From: Clostridia bacterium
Lineage (GTDB): Bacteria > Bacillota > Clostridia > Oscillospirales > Acutalibacteraceae
Reading direction: 5' to 3'
NCBI GenBank assembly: GCA_017381035.1
Contig: JAFOCW010000047.1
Location: forward strand, 1,065-65,064
DNA length: 64,000 bases
Part shown: piece after piece, positions 8,882 through 17,576 of the stretch
How positions within the stretch are numbered: the stretch's first letter is position 1
Layout: every line of letters starts with the position of its first letter
Made by a program: the position numbers and the translations under genes
The notes under the pieces: model-generated
What the model was told of the DNA's origin: nothing
Databases searched by the model: none
Seen by the model: only the letters and a program-made list of their open reading frames with translations

Positions 8882-10177
8882 TTATTCTGCTAATGAACAA
8901 ATAAAAGAATAGCCGTCGGGCTCGGTTATTTTAACCGTTACACTAAGCTCACGCTGCAGGTCTTCAACCGAAACGTCATCTAAAAACAAATCACGTTCGA
9001 AGCGAAGCATATTTGACGGAACAAGAAGTGTATCGCCTAAATTTTTACCTTTAAGCTGAGCTATAATATCTTGCCCCGTAACAAGACCTGCAACGGTAAT
9101 TTTTTCGCCGAAAAAGTTATTTTCAATTGTGTGTACTTCACATTCTAAATTATGCCATTTATTTTTAGCCTTGTCAACAGTAGCCTTTAAAAGCGGCGCT
9201 GCGGCAACACCCGTTACCACTGAAATTTTACGCGGAATTGTAGGCGCTTCGGTATCGTTTAAGGCGTCGTTTGCTTCCTTTTCAAAAAGGCTCCACATAC
9301 CTACGCCGTTATCGAGCTGCGGAAAATCGCCGTACTCTTCGAAATGGGGCATATCAAGTTCGGCTTTAAGGTAAAATTCGTCGGCCGCATAGACAAGGCG
9401 GTTGCCGAATTTTTCTTTATTTTCTTTGGCAATTTCTTCGGTAATATTTATAACTTCGGTTGCCGTTTGCTTATTAAAGGGTTCAATTTCGGCAAGGCCT
9501 TCACGAAACTTTGTAAGACCTACGGGCACCGATGCAATACATTCCACGTTTTTGTAACCCGATAAATCACGTAGGCTTCTTTTAAGCTCTTGCCCGTCGT
9601 TATATCCGGGAACAAGCACAAGCTGAAAATTAAGGCGAATGCCTGCATCGTCGAACCTTTTAATAATACTGAGGGTATCGCCTGCAAAACGGTTATTCAT
9701 CATTTTACAGCGAAGTTCAGGGTTGGTGGTATGCACCGAAATATTTACGGGACTTATGTGCATTTTAATAATGCGTTCAATTTCGTGCTCGGTTAAATTG
9801 GTAAGGGTTATATAGTTGCCGAAAAGGAAGGAAAGGCGGGAATCGTCGTCCTTAAAATACAGGGTTTCACGCATACCCTGCGGCAATTGGTCGATAAAGC
9901 AGAAGATACATTTATTTTTGCAGGAATGCTGCGCATCCATAAGGTAGGAATCGAACAAAAGACCAAGCTCGGTATCTTCGCTCTTTTTTATATTATAGGT
10001 TTTTTCCTTCTTGCCGTGAAGAACGGTAACTGTAAGGTTGGTTTCGCCCTGATAAAAGCGGTAGTCAAGCACGTCGACAATATCGTTTCCGTTAATTTTT
10101 AGCAAGGTGTCCCCTGCCTTTATTCTTTTTTTTGCGGCCGGACTTTTCTTTTCAACTCCGCTAATTATGACTGCCAT
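8882..10177 (-). CDS. DUF512-type PDZ plus radical-SAM-like protein of unknown function
   Basis: N-terminal PDZ-like segment (GVEKKSPAAKKRIKAGDTLLKING). CX3CX2C cluster motif CKNKCIFC. Conserved position directly upstream of der. Confidence 0.75.
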   Translation of the reverse strand: MAVIISGVEKKSPAAKKRIKAGDTLLKINGNDIVDVLDYRFYQGETNLTVTVLHGKKEKTYNIKKSEDTELGLLFDSYLMDAQHSCKNKCIFCFIDQLPQGMRETLYFKDDDSRLSFLFGNYITLTNLTEHEIERIIKMHISPVNISVHTTNPELRCKMMNNRFAGDTLSIIKRFDDAGIRLNFQLVLVPGYNDGQELKRSLRDLSGYKNVECIASVPVGLTKFREGLAEIEPFNKQTATEVINITEEIAKENKEKFGNRLVYAADEFYLKAELDMPHFEEYGDFPQLDNGVGMWSLFEKEANDALNDTEAPTIPRKISVVTGVAAAPLLKATVDKAKNKWHNLECEVHTIENNFFGEKITVAGLVTGQDIIAQLKGKNLGDTLLVPSNMLRFERDLFLDDVSVEDLQRELSVTVKITEPDGYSFICSLAE

Positions 10178-10200
10178 TCTATCACTTCCTTTAAGTTTTT

Positions 10201-10236
10201 CAAAAAAAATAGAGAAGGAAAACTTTCCTCCTCTAT
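10201..10236 (-). terminator. intrinsic terminator after rpmF
   Basis: ATAGAG.AGGAA / TTCCT.CTCTAT hairpin (10209-10236), followed on the minus strand by a T8 run (10201-10208). Confidence 0.65.
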
Positions 10237-10250
10237 CTCCTTACAAAGTA

Positions 10251-10433
10251 TTAGTCCTCAACCTTAATAACTTCACGTCCGTTATAGGTTCCGCAAGCGG
10301 GGCAAATTCTGTGAGGGCGCTTGTACTCGCCGCACTTTTCACATTTTACAAGGGTGGGAGCGGTAAGCTTCCAAAGGTTATTACGTCTTTTGTCTCTTCT
10401 TGCTTTGGATGTTTTTCTCTTCGGTACTGCCAT
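10251..10433 (-). CDS. rpmF: 50S ribosomal protein L32
   Basis: [17 protein letters not shown] signature and CxxC...CxxC zinc ribbon, 60 aa. Confidence 0.95.
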   Translation of the reverse strand: MAVPKRKTSKARRDKRRNNLWKLTAPTLVKCEKCGEYKRPHRICPACGTYNGREVIKVED

Positions 10434-10475
10434 TTCAGCACCTCCTTAAATTTTTTTAATTTGGTAGTTGGTAGA

Positions 10476-10982
10476 TTAATTATTTAACAGTTCTGCTAAA
10501 GCGGCAAGCCGTGGGTCAACCTCTTTTACCTGGCAACCGCAGTCGCCTTCGTTTAGGTTTTTACCACAGACGGAGCATAGTCCCCTGCAATTACCCTTAC
10601 ACAACAGTTTTGTTGGCAAGCTCATTACAATGTCGGGATAACAGAAGTCTTCAAGGTCTAACTGCATATTGGGAACCACCGCAATATCGTCATTTTCTTC
10701 GCTGTCTTCGTTTTCGAGACTAACGACTATTACGCGGTTAATATGAGCCGTATAGTTTTTAACCGTTTCTTTAAGGCAACGGTCGCAAACACCTACGTAT
10801 TCGACCTTGCAACTAAGCTGAGATTCTACGATACCTGCACGGCTGACAATTTTTCCGTTAATTGCCACGGGAGCCCGAAGTGGTTTGACGCCAAGGAATT
10901 CAAATTCAGACAAATCCATTTCAAAGTCTACCGACAGACTGTCGCTGCTGCCCGCAAATAAAGGCTTCAAATCAAGAAGCAT
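10476..10982 (-). CDS. YceD/DUF177 family ribosome-maturation protein
   Basis: Conserved position upstream of rpmF. C-terminal Cys-rich segment CKGNCRGLCSVCGKNLNEGDCGC is typical of DUF177. Confidence 0.85.
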   Translation of the reverse strand: MLLDLKPLFAGSSDSLSVDFEMDLSEFEFLGVKPLRAPVAINGKIVSRAGIVESQLSCKVEYVGVCDRCLKETVKNYTAHINRVIVVSLENEDSEENDDIAVVPNMQLDLEDFCYPDIVMSLPTKLLCKGNCRGLCSVCGKNLNEGDCGCQVKEVDPRLAALAELLNN

Positions 10983-11053
10983 ATTCTCACCTCAATTGTA
11001 ACAGAGTATATTATATATAAAGCGCCTTGTTTTGTCAAGTGTTTTTTAAACAT

Positions 11054-11084
11054 AAAAACAGAGTAGTTGCCTACTCTGTTTTTG
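11054..11084 (-). terminator. intrinsic terminator after the small P-loop gene
   Basis: ACAGAGTAG-TTGC-CTACTCTGT (11058-11079), with a T-run on the minus-strand side (A-run 11054-11058). Confidence 0.7.
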
Positions 11085-11088
11085 TAAA

Positions 11089-11493
11089 TTAAAGCTTTTC
11101 TGCAAGTTCGAAAATTTCTGCAGGAAGGTCTGCTTCGTCGCAAGAAACGGTGAATACAAATTCAATGTCCTTGTTAGTTGCAATTCTTTTGAAGAAGTTT
11201 TCAATTCCTTCGAGTCCGCCGCCGATTTTCTTGGTAGCGTCGCCGAAGATATGGGTAATATCGTAGTTACTTGCGGCTATTCCGCAGAGCATGGCATAAT
11301 ATTCATCGTAACCGGAAATTCCGTAACTTTCTACATCGATAAGACGTGCTTCTCTTGCAACGCTTAGGGTGAGATTATCGCCTTTTTCAACACAAACAAC
11401 GCTTCCGGGACTGCTTTTAGCTGCTGCGTTTACAAAGTCGATAAGTTTCTTTGTTTTGCCTGAACCTTTGTTTCCGATAATAAGTTTAATCAT
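11089..11493 (-). CDS. small stand-alone P-loop NTPase (134 aa), function unknown
   Basis: Walker A GNKGSGKT at residues 7-14. 45 nt downstream of pgi, so possibly co-transcribed. Confidence 0.65.
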   Translation of the reverse strand: MIKLIIGNKGSGKTKKLIDFVNAAAKSSPGSVVCVEKGDNLTLSVAREARLIDVESYGISGYDEYYAMLCGIAASNYDITHIFGDATKKIGGGLEGIENFFKRIATNKDIEFVFTVSCDEADLPAEIFELAEKL

Positions 11494-11538
11494 ATTATCC
11501 GCTCCTTTTCTATATATACCGCCAAAGACGGTTATTTT

Positions 11539-12876
11539 TTATTTTGCAAGACGAGCTTCGAGCTCTGCCTTAGCGGCTTCGTAGCCGGGTTTGCCAAGAA
11601 GTGCAAACATATTCTTTTTATAACTTTCAACACCAGGTTGGTCGAAGGGGTTTACGCCAAGCATATAACCCGAAATTCCGCAAGCCTTTTCGAAGAAGTA
11701 GATAAGGCGGCCAAGATTTTCTTCGTCGGCTTTATCTACGTTAATAACAAGGTTGGGAACTCCGCCGTCGGTGTGGGCAAGTACGGTACCTTCGAAAGCC
11801 TTTGAGTTAACGAAGGAAAGGGGTTTGCCCGAAAGGAAGTTAAGGCCGTCGCCGTCGTCTGCTTCCTTTTCAATAACAATATCTGTTCCGCATTCACCAA
11901 TATTAACAACGGTTTCAAAAAGAATGCGGCTGCCGTCTTGAACGTATTGACCCATTGAGTGAAGGTCGGTAGAGAAGATGGCAGATGTGGGGAAAATGCC
12001 CTTGTGGTCTTTTCCTTCGCTTTCGCCGAAGAGCTGTTTGAACCATTCGGCCATCATTGTAAAGCGGGGTTCGTAAGAAACGAGCATTTCAACCGAGAAA
12101 CCCTTGCGGTAGAAGGCATTTCTTAAAGCCGCATAAGCGTAACAGTCGTTATCGAAACTATCTATAGAATATTCCTTCTGTGCTTCGGCGGCGCCCTTCA
12201 TAAGTTTATCGAGGTCGGCTCCGCAAACGGCAATAGGAAGAAGGCCAACTGCGGTAAGTACCGAGAAACGACCGCCAACGTCGTCGGGAATAACGAAACA
12301 TTCGTAACCCTTTTGGTCGGCAAGCTGTTTTAAGGTGCCCCTTGCCTTGTCGGTTGTGCAGTAGATGCGCTTTGCTGCTTCGGCTTCGCCATAGGTTTCT
12401 TCGAGATATTTGCGAAGAACTCTGAAAGCGATGGCGGGCTCTGTAGTGGTGCCCGATTTGGAAACTATGTTAACCGAAACCCTTTTACCCTCGCAAATTT
12501 TAAGAAGGTCGTCGAGAGCAGAACCGCTTATGGTATTGCCTGCGAAGTAGATGTCGGGGGTGTTTTTGGGAAGTGCATTATAGTTGTTTGATTTTAAAAA
12601 CTCAATTGCGGCACGGGCGCCCAAGTAGGAACCGCCAATACCGATAACGATGAAAACGTCGGTATCGTTAATAATTTTGTTAGCGGCCGCTTTAATTCTG
12701 GCGAACTCTTCTTTATCGTAATTGGTGGGAAGGTCTACCCAACCTAAAAAGTCGTTGCCAAGGCCTGTTTTATTATGTAACATATTGTGAGCCGCAGAAA
12801 CCTGTGCTTTAAGACCGGGAAGGTCGTTTTCACGTATAAAGCCTGCAGCGTATTTGCTGTTGAAAGAAATTGCCAT
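11539..12876 (-). CDS. pgi: glucose-6-phosphate isomerase
   Basis: 445-aa Firmicute-type PGI. Motifs [17 protein letters not shown] and GGRFSVLT. Confidence 0.95.
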   Translation of the reverse strand: MAISFNSKYAAGFIRENDLPGLKAQVSAAHNMLHNKTGLGNDFLGWVDLPTNYDKEEFARIKAAANKIINDTDVFIVIGIGGSYLGARAAIEFLKSNNYNALPKNTPDIYFAGNTISGSALDDLLKICEGKRVSVNIVSKSGTTTEPAIAFRVLRKYLEETYGEAEAAKRIYCTTDKARGTLKQLADQKGYECFVIPDDVGGRFSVLTAVGLLPIAVCGADLDKLMKGAAEAQKEYSIDSFDNDCYAYAALRNAFYRKGFSVEMLVSYEPRFTMMAEWFKQLFGESEGKDHKGIFPTSAIFSTDLHSMGQYVQDGSRILFETVVNIGECGTDIVIEKEADDGDGLNFLSGKPLSFVNSKAFEGTVLAHTDGGVPNLVINVDKADEENLGRLIYFFEKACGISGYMLGVNPFDQPGVESYKKNMFALLGKPGYEAAKAELEARLAK

Positions 12877-12988
12877 TGTCTGTTTATTCTCCTTAGTGCG
12901 AGCATATATATTAATTTATATATATATTGTACACTACTTTTCATATTATTTCAATAAAAAATTATGTGAAATTATTTAAAAACACCAA

Positions 12989-14203
12989 TTATAAGGTGAA
13001 CAAACCTTTAATTAGACGGCCAAGGCAGACGAAATAGGTTAATTTTTCAACCGTAGCCGCCGCTTTTATGGGAATAACCCCTACTTCCCGTTCGTCAAGA
13101 TACACCTTAACATAGCCTATTACGTCCCCCTTTTTAATTGGTGCGGTTAAATTTTCAGAAAAGGAATAGCTTTGCGTGATACCGCTTTCTTCGCCCTTTT
13201 TAAGAAGTAATGGCAGGCCGTCTTCGGCCGTTGGCATAACCGTTTTAACCGTGCCCTTTTTAACGGGAAGGGGTGTAAATTCGTCCGTTTCTGCCTTAAC
13301 GTCTATAAAGGTATAATTTGCGAAGCCGTAATCGAGCAGTTTTTGTGCCCCCGAAAAGCGTTCCTTGCTTGACGGCGAGCCGAGCACTACGGCAATTAAG
13401 GTAAGCCCATTCCTTTCGGCCGTTGCGGTAAGGCAGGAGCCGGCCTTGCCCGTTGTCCCCGTTTTAAGCCCGAAGCAACCGTCGTAATAGCGTATAAGCT
13501 TATTGGTATTTACAAGCTCCGATTCGCCGCCACGAAGGGAATCCATTTTTATAGTGGAATATTCACGTATCAGCTTATGGCGAATAAGTTCGGCAGACAT
13601 TACGGCAATATCGTAGGCGGTGGTATAATGGCCTTCGGCATCCAGACCGTAGCTGTTTATAAAATTTGTGTTTTTAAGGCCTAAATCCTGCGCCTTTTTA
13701 TTCATTAGTTCAACGAAGGTTTCTTCACTTCCCGCAACCGCTTCGGCAAGGGCTACGGTGGCATCGTTAGCCGATGCAATAACGGTGGCTTTAAGCAGTT
13801 CATCTATGGTCATAACCTCGCCCGGCTCTAACCATATTTGCGAGCCGCCGAGCGATGCGGCGTGTTCGCTTGCGGTTACCTTGGTATCAAGCTTTATTTT
13901 ACCTTCTTCAATCGCTTCCATTACAAGTATAAGCGTCATAACCTTGGTTATAGATGCAGGGGCAAGCTTTTCATCGGCATTCGAGCTATAAAGCACCTTG
14001 CCCGTATTGTGCTCCATAAGCACGGCAGATTTTGCGTTAATATTAAGTTTTTCGCCCACCTTGGCATTAGCCTGAAGGTTTTCTTCAAGCGGAGTTTCAA
14101 GGTCGGCTCCCACGTATTCGGTTGCAACCCTTGCGGCATAGGTATTAAGCGGAACCGACAAAAGCAGTACCGCCGATAAAAATACAGTTATTAACCTTTT
14201 CAT
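12989..14203 (-). CDS. D-alanyl-D-alanine carboxypeptidase (serine-type, PBP5/DacB/DacF family)
   Basis: Signal peptide, active-site SITK (PASITKVMT), SAND-type SxN motif and KTGT motif. Start moved to MKRLITVF (ATG 14203-14201), which has a GTGAGGTG RBS. Confidence 0.9.
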   Translation of the reverse strand: MKRLITVFLSAVLLLSVPLNTYAARVATEYVGADLETPLEENLQANAKVGEKLNINAKSAVLMEHNTGKVLYSSNADEKLAPASITKVMTLILVMEAIEEGKIKLDTKVTASEHAASLGGSQIWLEPGEVMTIDELLKATVIASANDATVALAEAVAGSEETFVELMNKKAQDLGLKNTNFINSYGLDAEGHYTTAYDIAVMSAELIRHKLIREYSTIKMDSLRGGESELVNTNKLIRYYDGCFGLKTGTTGKAGSCLTATAERNGLTLIAVVLGSPSSKERFSGAQKLLDYGFANYTFIDVKAETDEFTPLPVKKGTVKTVMPTAEDGLPLLLKKGEESGITQSYSFSENLTAPIKKGDVIGYVKVYLDEREVGVIPIKAAATVEKLTYFVCLGRLIKGLFTL

Positions 14204-14243
14204 AAAAAAACACCTCACAAAAATATATGTGAGGTGCAATAGT

Positions 14244-14873
14244 TTAATAACCTAAGCTATCGGGCGTAATTATAACTTTTATTCTGTTTTTATCTCTTTG
14301 GTATGCAGTTACCAAATACTGCGAGCATATACGGTGTGGGTTGTTACAGCCTTTTGCAATGCCACCGTCGGTATAAATGCAGTGCCCGAGCTTACTGCAG
14401 GGGGTATCAAGGCCGAGTCGCACGGCGTTTTTAGGTGCGGCAACCGTTTTTACCCTTATAAAGCCTTCGTTAATATCTTTTACTATTTTGTTTGCACCAA
14501 CAATGCAAATTACCTTTTTAGGACCGAAGGCAATACAGCCTACCCTGTTTGCATTCCCGTCCACGTTAACAAGCTCTCCGTTTTGGGTTACGGCATTGGC
14601 AGAAGTAAGGTATGCATCGGCCGAGAAACATTCACGGTAAAGTGCGGCCACGTCTTCGGCTTCTGCACGGTTTAAAAAGTTGTAGTTGCCGTTTTTCATA
14701 AGCTCTGCCACACCGCATTCGCTAAGAGTAACCGAGCCTCCGCAGGAAATGGTATCACCTTTATTTAAAAGTTCTTTAACAATACCCACAATATCATTTT
14801 TAGTTTCGGCATAAAAAACTTCCATATTATTGGCCTTAAGGGCTTCTATTGTTTTTAAAATTTTACCGTCCAT
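14244..14873 (-). CDS. LUD-domain (DUF162, lactate-utilisation LutC/YkgG-like) protein
   Basis: About 210 aa. Sequence pattern (GGSVTL, SANAVTQNGELVN.DGNANR, C-terminal Cys cluster) is typical of stand-alone LUD-domain proteins. Confidence 0.7.
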   Translation of the reverse strand: MDGKILKTIEALKANNMEVFYAETKNDIVGIVKELLNKGDTISCGGSVTLSECGVAELMKNGNYNFLNRAEAEDVAALYRECFSADAYLTSANAVTQNGELVNVDGNANRVGCIAFGPKKVICIVGANKIVKDINEGFIRVKTVAAPKNAVRLGLDTPCSKLGHCIYTDGGIAKGCNNPHRICSQYLVTAYQRDKNRIKVIITPDSLGY

Positions 14874-14874
14874 T

Positions 14875-15927
14875 TTATTCTCCGTTAACTATTTTTCCGC
14901 CGCCGAGCAGTAGGTCATCCAAATAAAGCACAGCCGACTGTCCCGGTGTTGCGGCACGTTGCGGCTTTTTGAATTCGAGCACCGCTTCGGTTTCGGACAA
15001 GGGGTGGAAAATACATTCTTCGTCCCTTGCGCTGTAGCGAAGCTTTGCGGTGCAGGCTATATCGCCCTTGGGAAACTCAAGCGCCATCATATTTATATCT
15101 TTTATATATATGTGTGTTTTAAAAATATGCTCTTCGTCGCCAAGCACAACGTTATTGGTAAGCGGGTCTTTTGAAATTACAAACTGGGGTTTGCCAAGGG
15201 CAATTCCAAGCCCTTTTCTTTGGCCTATTGTATAGCACTGGTGGCCCAGGTGCTGACCCAAAACCTTTCCGTATATATCGGTGTAATTACCCTTTTTGAA
15301 AATTTCGCCGGTATGGGACTGAATAAATGCGGCATAATTGCCGTCGGGCACGAAGCATATATCCTGGCTGTCTTTGGCCCCTGCCGAAGAAAAGCCGTAA
15401 TCTGCCGCAATCTCCCTTACTTCCTCTTTGGTAAGCTCGCCAAGCGGCATAAGAATACGGGACAGCTGCTCTTGCGAAAGCTGCCAGAGCACGTAGGTCT
15501 GGTCTTTTTTGAAGTCTTTTGGGCGTGTTACCGTATAACGTCCCGTTTCCTTATTAAAGGAAACTTTGGAATAGTGCCCCGTTGCAATATAGTCGCAGTT
15601 TTCGAGAATTGCTTTTTTAAGCATACCGCCAAACTTAATGTATTTATTACATTCAACGCAGGGGTTGGGAGTAAGGCCTGCTTCGTATTCGTTTATAAAG
15701 CGTGCTATTATTTCTTTTTTAAAATCTTCACGCATATCATATACAATATGGGGTATGCCTAACTTTTGGCACACTTCCCATGCCGACAGCACTTCTTTAG
15801 ATAATACTCCGCCGTCTTCAACAAGGCGAAGGGTTGCGCCAAGGGTGCTGTGCCCTTGTTCTTTTAAAATTGCCGCCACTACCGAGCTGTCTACTCCGCC
15901 CGACATTGCCGCCATAACCTTTGCCAC
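14875..15927 (-). CDS. mnmA: tRNA 2-thiouridine(34) synthase
   Basis: PP-loop SGGVDSS at the N-terminus, conserved Cys residues, 350 aa. Confidence 0.93.
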   Translation of the reverse strand: MAKVMAAMSGGVDSSVVAAILKEQGHSTLGATLRLVEDGGVLSKEVLSAWEVCQKLGIPHIVYDMREDFKKEIIARFINEYEAGLTPNPCVECNKYIKFGGMLKKAILENCDYIATGHYSKVSFNKETGRYTVTRPKDFKKDQTYVLWQLSQEQLSRILMPLGELTKEEVREIAADYGFSSAGAKDSQDICFVPDGNYAAFIQSHTGEIFKKGNYTDIYGKVLGQHLGHQCYTIGQRKGLGIALGKPQFVISKDPLTNNVVLGDEEHIFKTHIYIKDINMMALEFPKGDIACTAKLRYSARDEECIFHPLSETEAVLEFKKPQRAATPGQSAVLYLDDLLLGGGKIVNGE

Positions 15928-16219
15928 GCTGCTTACCCCCTATAATTTGGAATATAATCTTAAAATAACGGATATATTATATGTATAGATTTTAGCATAT
16001 TCTTATTTTTTTGTAAATCTTTTTACGGTTAAAAGTCGAGTAAATTCTTGGTTTTTACCCCGTTTTCGCGTGCTAAAGCGTTATTTTAAGCGGATTTTTG
16101 TAAGTTTGCACAAAAAAATCGGGGTGAAAAGGGGTCAAAAACGGTTACAACCTTGTAACTTTTCGTAATTTATTTGTAATTTTTATGCATTTTGCACAAA
16201 TGCGCCCCCTGGTTTTCGT

Positions 16220-16248
16220 TTGACATATGTAAAAACTGAAGCTATAAT
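16220..16248 (+). promoter_or_regulatory. putative sigma-A promoter of the 3D-domain gene
   Basis: Consensus TTGACA (16220-16225), 17-nt spacer, consensus TATAAT (16243-16248), about 60 nt upstream of the ATG at 16310. Confidence 0.55.
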
Positions 16249-16309
16249 ACCCAAGAACTGAAATTTACTTGCCGACCACGCCCCTATGGGACACGAATCT
16301 AAGGAGTTT

Positions 16310-17410
16310 ATGATGTTACTAAAAACAAAGCAGCAGTTAAATAGTTTCTTTAAAACCGCTGCAAACAAAGTTAAGAGAAATATTCCCGCAGCAGTAAGCC
16401 TTGTGCTCACCTTAACAGCAGTTATGCTTACGGTTGTTTGCTCGGCTCACACCGTTACAATTTTCGACGGTACTTCTTCTTATACCACATCGGGAGTTTC
16501 TTCCGATATTCCTGCGGCCCTTGCAAAAATTTCTCTGCCCAACAAGAACTATAATATTGTAAGTGTTACAAATCACATTTTTTCAACCAAGGTTCACATC
16601 AACTATGTTATTACCCTTAACGTTAAAAAGGGTGAAGAGGTTGAAAGCTTTTCGGTAACCCAGGGTACCTTAGCACAAGCTTTAGAAGAAATCGGTATTG
16701 AGCTTGACGAGCACGATAGCGTAAGTCTTCCTTTAGATACCTATTTATACGGTAACGAAACGGTTGAATTAACCGACGTTGATTTTGTTACAGAAACTTA
16801 CACCGAAACCATTCCTTGCGGAAACGAAGTTGTATATTCGTCTGCTTACGACGCTGATGTAAGCTTTGTAGAACCCGGCAAGGTAGGCTCTAAAACCACA
16901 ACCTATTCGGTTAAATACGTAAACGGCGTTGCAGTAGATTACACCGTGTTAAGCGAAACCGTTAACGAATATGCAGTAGATGCTACAACCGTTGTTGGCA
17001 CCAACATTCCCAAGCATTTAACCAACCTTTTTGCTAAGGCCGACGACGTGCCTTCAATTTCCAAGCTCGATGCACCCGACAGTTTAGTGCTCGACGCAAA
17101 CGGTGTACCCGTTAACTACAGCTCTAAAACCACACTTCGTGCAACTGCATACACCCACACCGGCAACCCCATGTCTACCGGTAAATACCCCACCCCCGGC
17201 TACGTTGCAGTTGACCCTGACGAAATTCCTTACGGAACCAAAATGTACATTGTTTCTGCCGACGGAAGATTTGTTTACGGTTATGCCATTGCCGCAGATA
17301 CAGGCGGATTTATTTACGGAAACCGTGCAGATATGGACTTGTTTATGGACACACACAGCGAATGTGTAAACTTCGGCAGAAGAGATATTGTAGTTTACTT
17401 TGTAGATTAA
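16310..17410 (+). CDS. YabE-like cell-wall protein (DUF348 / G5 / C-terminal 3D domain)
   Basis: N-terminal TM segment and repeated beta-rich modules. The C-terminus (ATAYTHTGNPMSTGKYPTPGYVAVDP...IPYGTKMYI...ADTGG...DLFMD) is the 3D (MltA-like) domain signature. Start moved to the ATG at 16310 behind the AAGGAG RBS (16299-16304). Confidence 0.85.
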   Translation: MMLLKTKQQLNSFFKTAANKVKRNIPAAVSLVLTLTAVMLTVVCSAHTVTIFDGTSSYTTSGVSSDIPAALAKISLPNKNYNIVSVTNHIFSTKVHINYVITLNVKKGEEVESFSVTQGTLAQALEEIGIELDEHDSVSLPLDTYLYGNETVELTDVDFVTETYTETIPCGNEVVYSSAYDADVSFVEPGKVGSKTTTYSVKYVNGVAVDYTVLSETVNEYAVDATTVVGTNIPKHLTNLFAKADDVPSISKLDAPDSLVLDANGVPVNYSSKTTLRATAYTHTGNPMSTGKYPTPGYVAVDPDEIPYGTKMYIVSADGRFVYGYAIAADTGGFIYGNRADMDLFMDTHSECVNFGRRDIVVYFVD

Positions 17411-17418
17411 GACAAAAT

Positions 17419-17451
17419 TAAAGACCTCACCCGTTCGGTGAGGTCTTTTTA
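17419..17451. terminator. intrinsic terminator of the 3D-domain gene (originally shared with convergent asp23)
   Basis: AGACCTCAC-CCGTTCG-GTGAGGTCT (17422-17446), followed by TTTT and preceded by AAA. Confidence 0.75.
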
Positions 17452-17485
17452 GTTTAATTATTAGTCTTCGGTGTTTTCGGTAAGG
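17434..17485. repeat. 52-bp direct repeat, left copy (orphan copy of the asp23 3' end)
   Basis: Identical (52/52) to 18682-18733: ttcggtgaggtctttttagtttaattattagtcttcggtgttttcggtaagg. Confidence 0.95.
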
Positions 17486-17576
17486 ATTCTGTAAAGCAAC
17501 CGATATAGCGGAAACAAAGTTCTATTTGCTGTTAGGATGTTCTGTATCTTTTATAGTTTATTCCTCACACTGTAGT

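Noticed and set aside
16020-16309. c-di-AMP (ydaO-type) riboswitch upstream of the 3D-domain cell-wall gene
   Set aside because: The context is right and there is a GGGGTGAA-like fragment. However, the conserved ACGGGGA/CCCGA...GTCAGCTAACC-type elements and the pseudo-symmetric two-domain layout are absent. Most of the region also lies upstream of the predicted promoter, and the actual leader is only ~60 nt.
16183-16410. 75-aa minus-strand ORF overlapping the 3D-gene promoter and start
   Set aside because: It is antisense to a consensus promoter, RBS and the 5' end of a well-supported gene. It has no RBS of its own.
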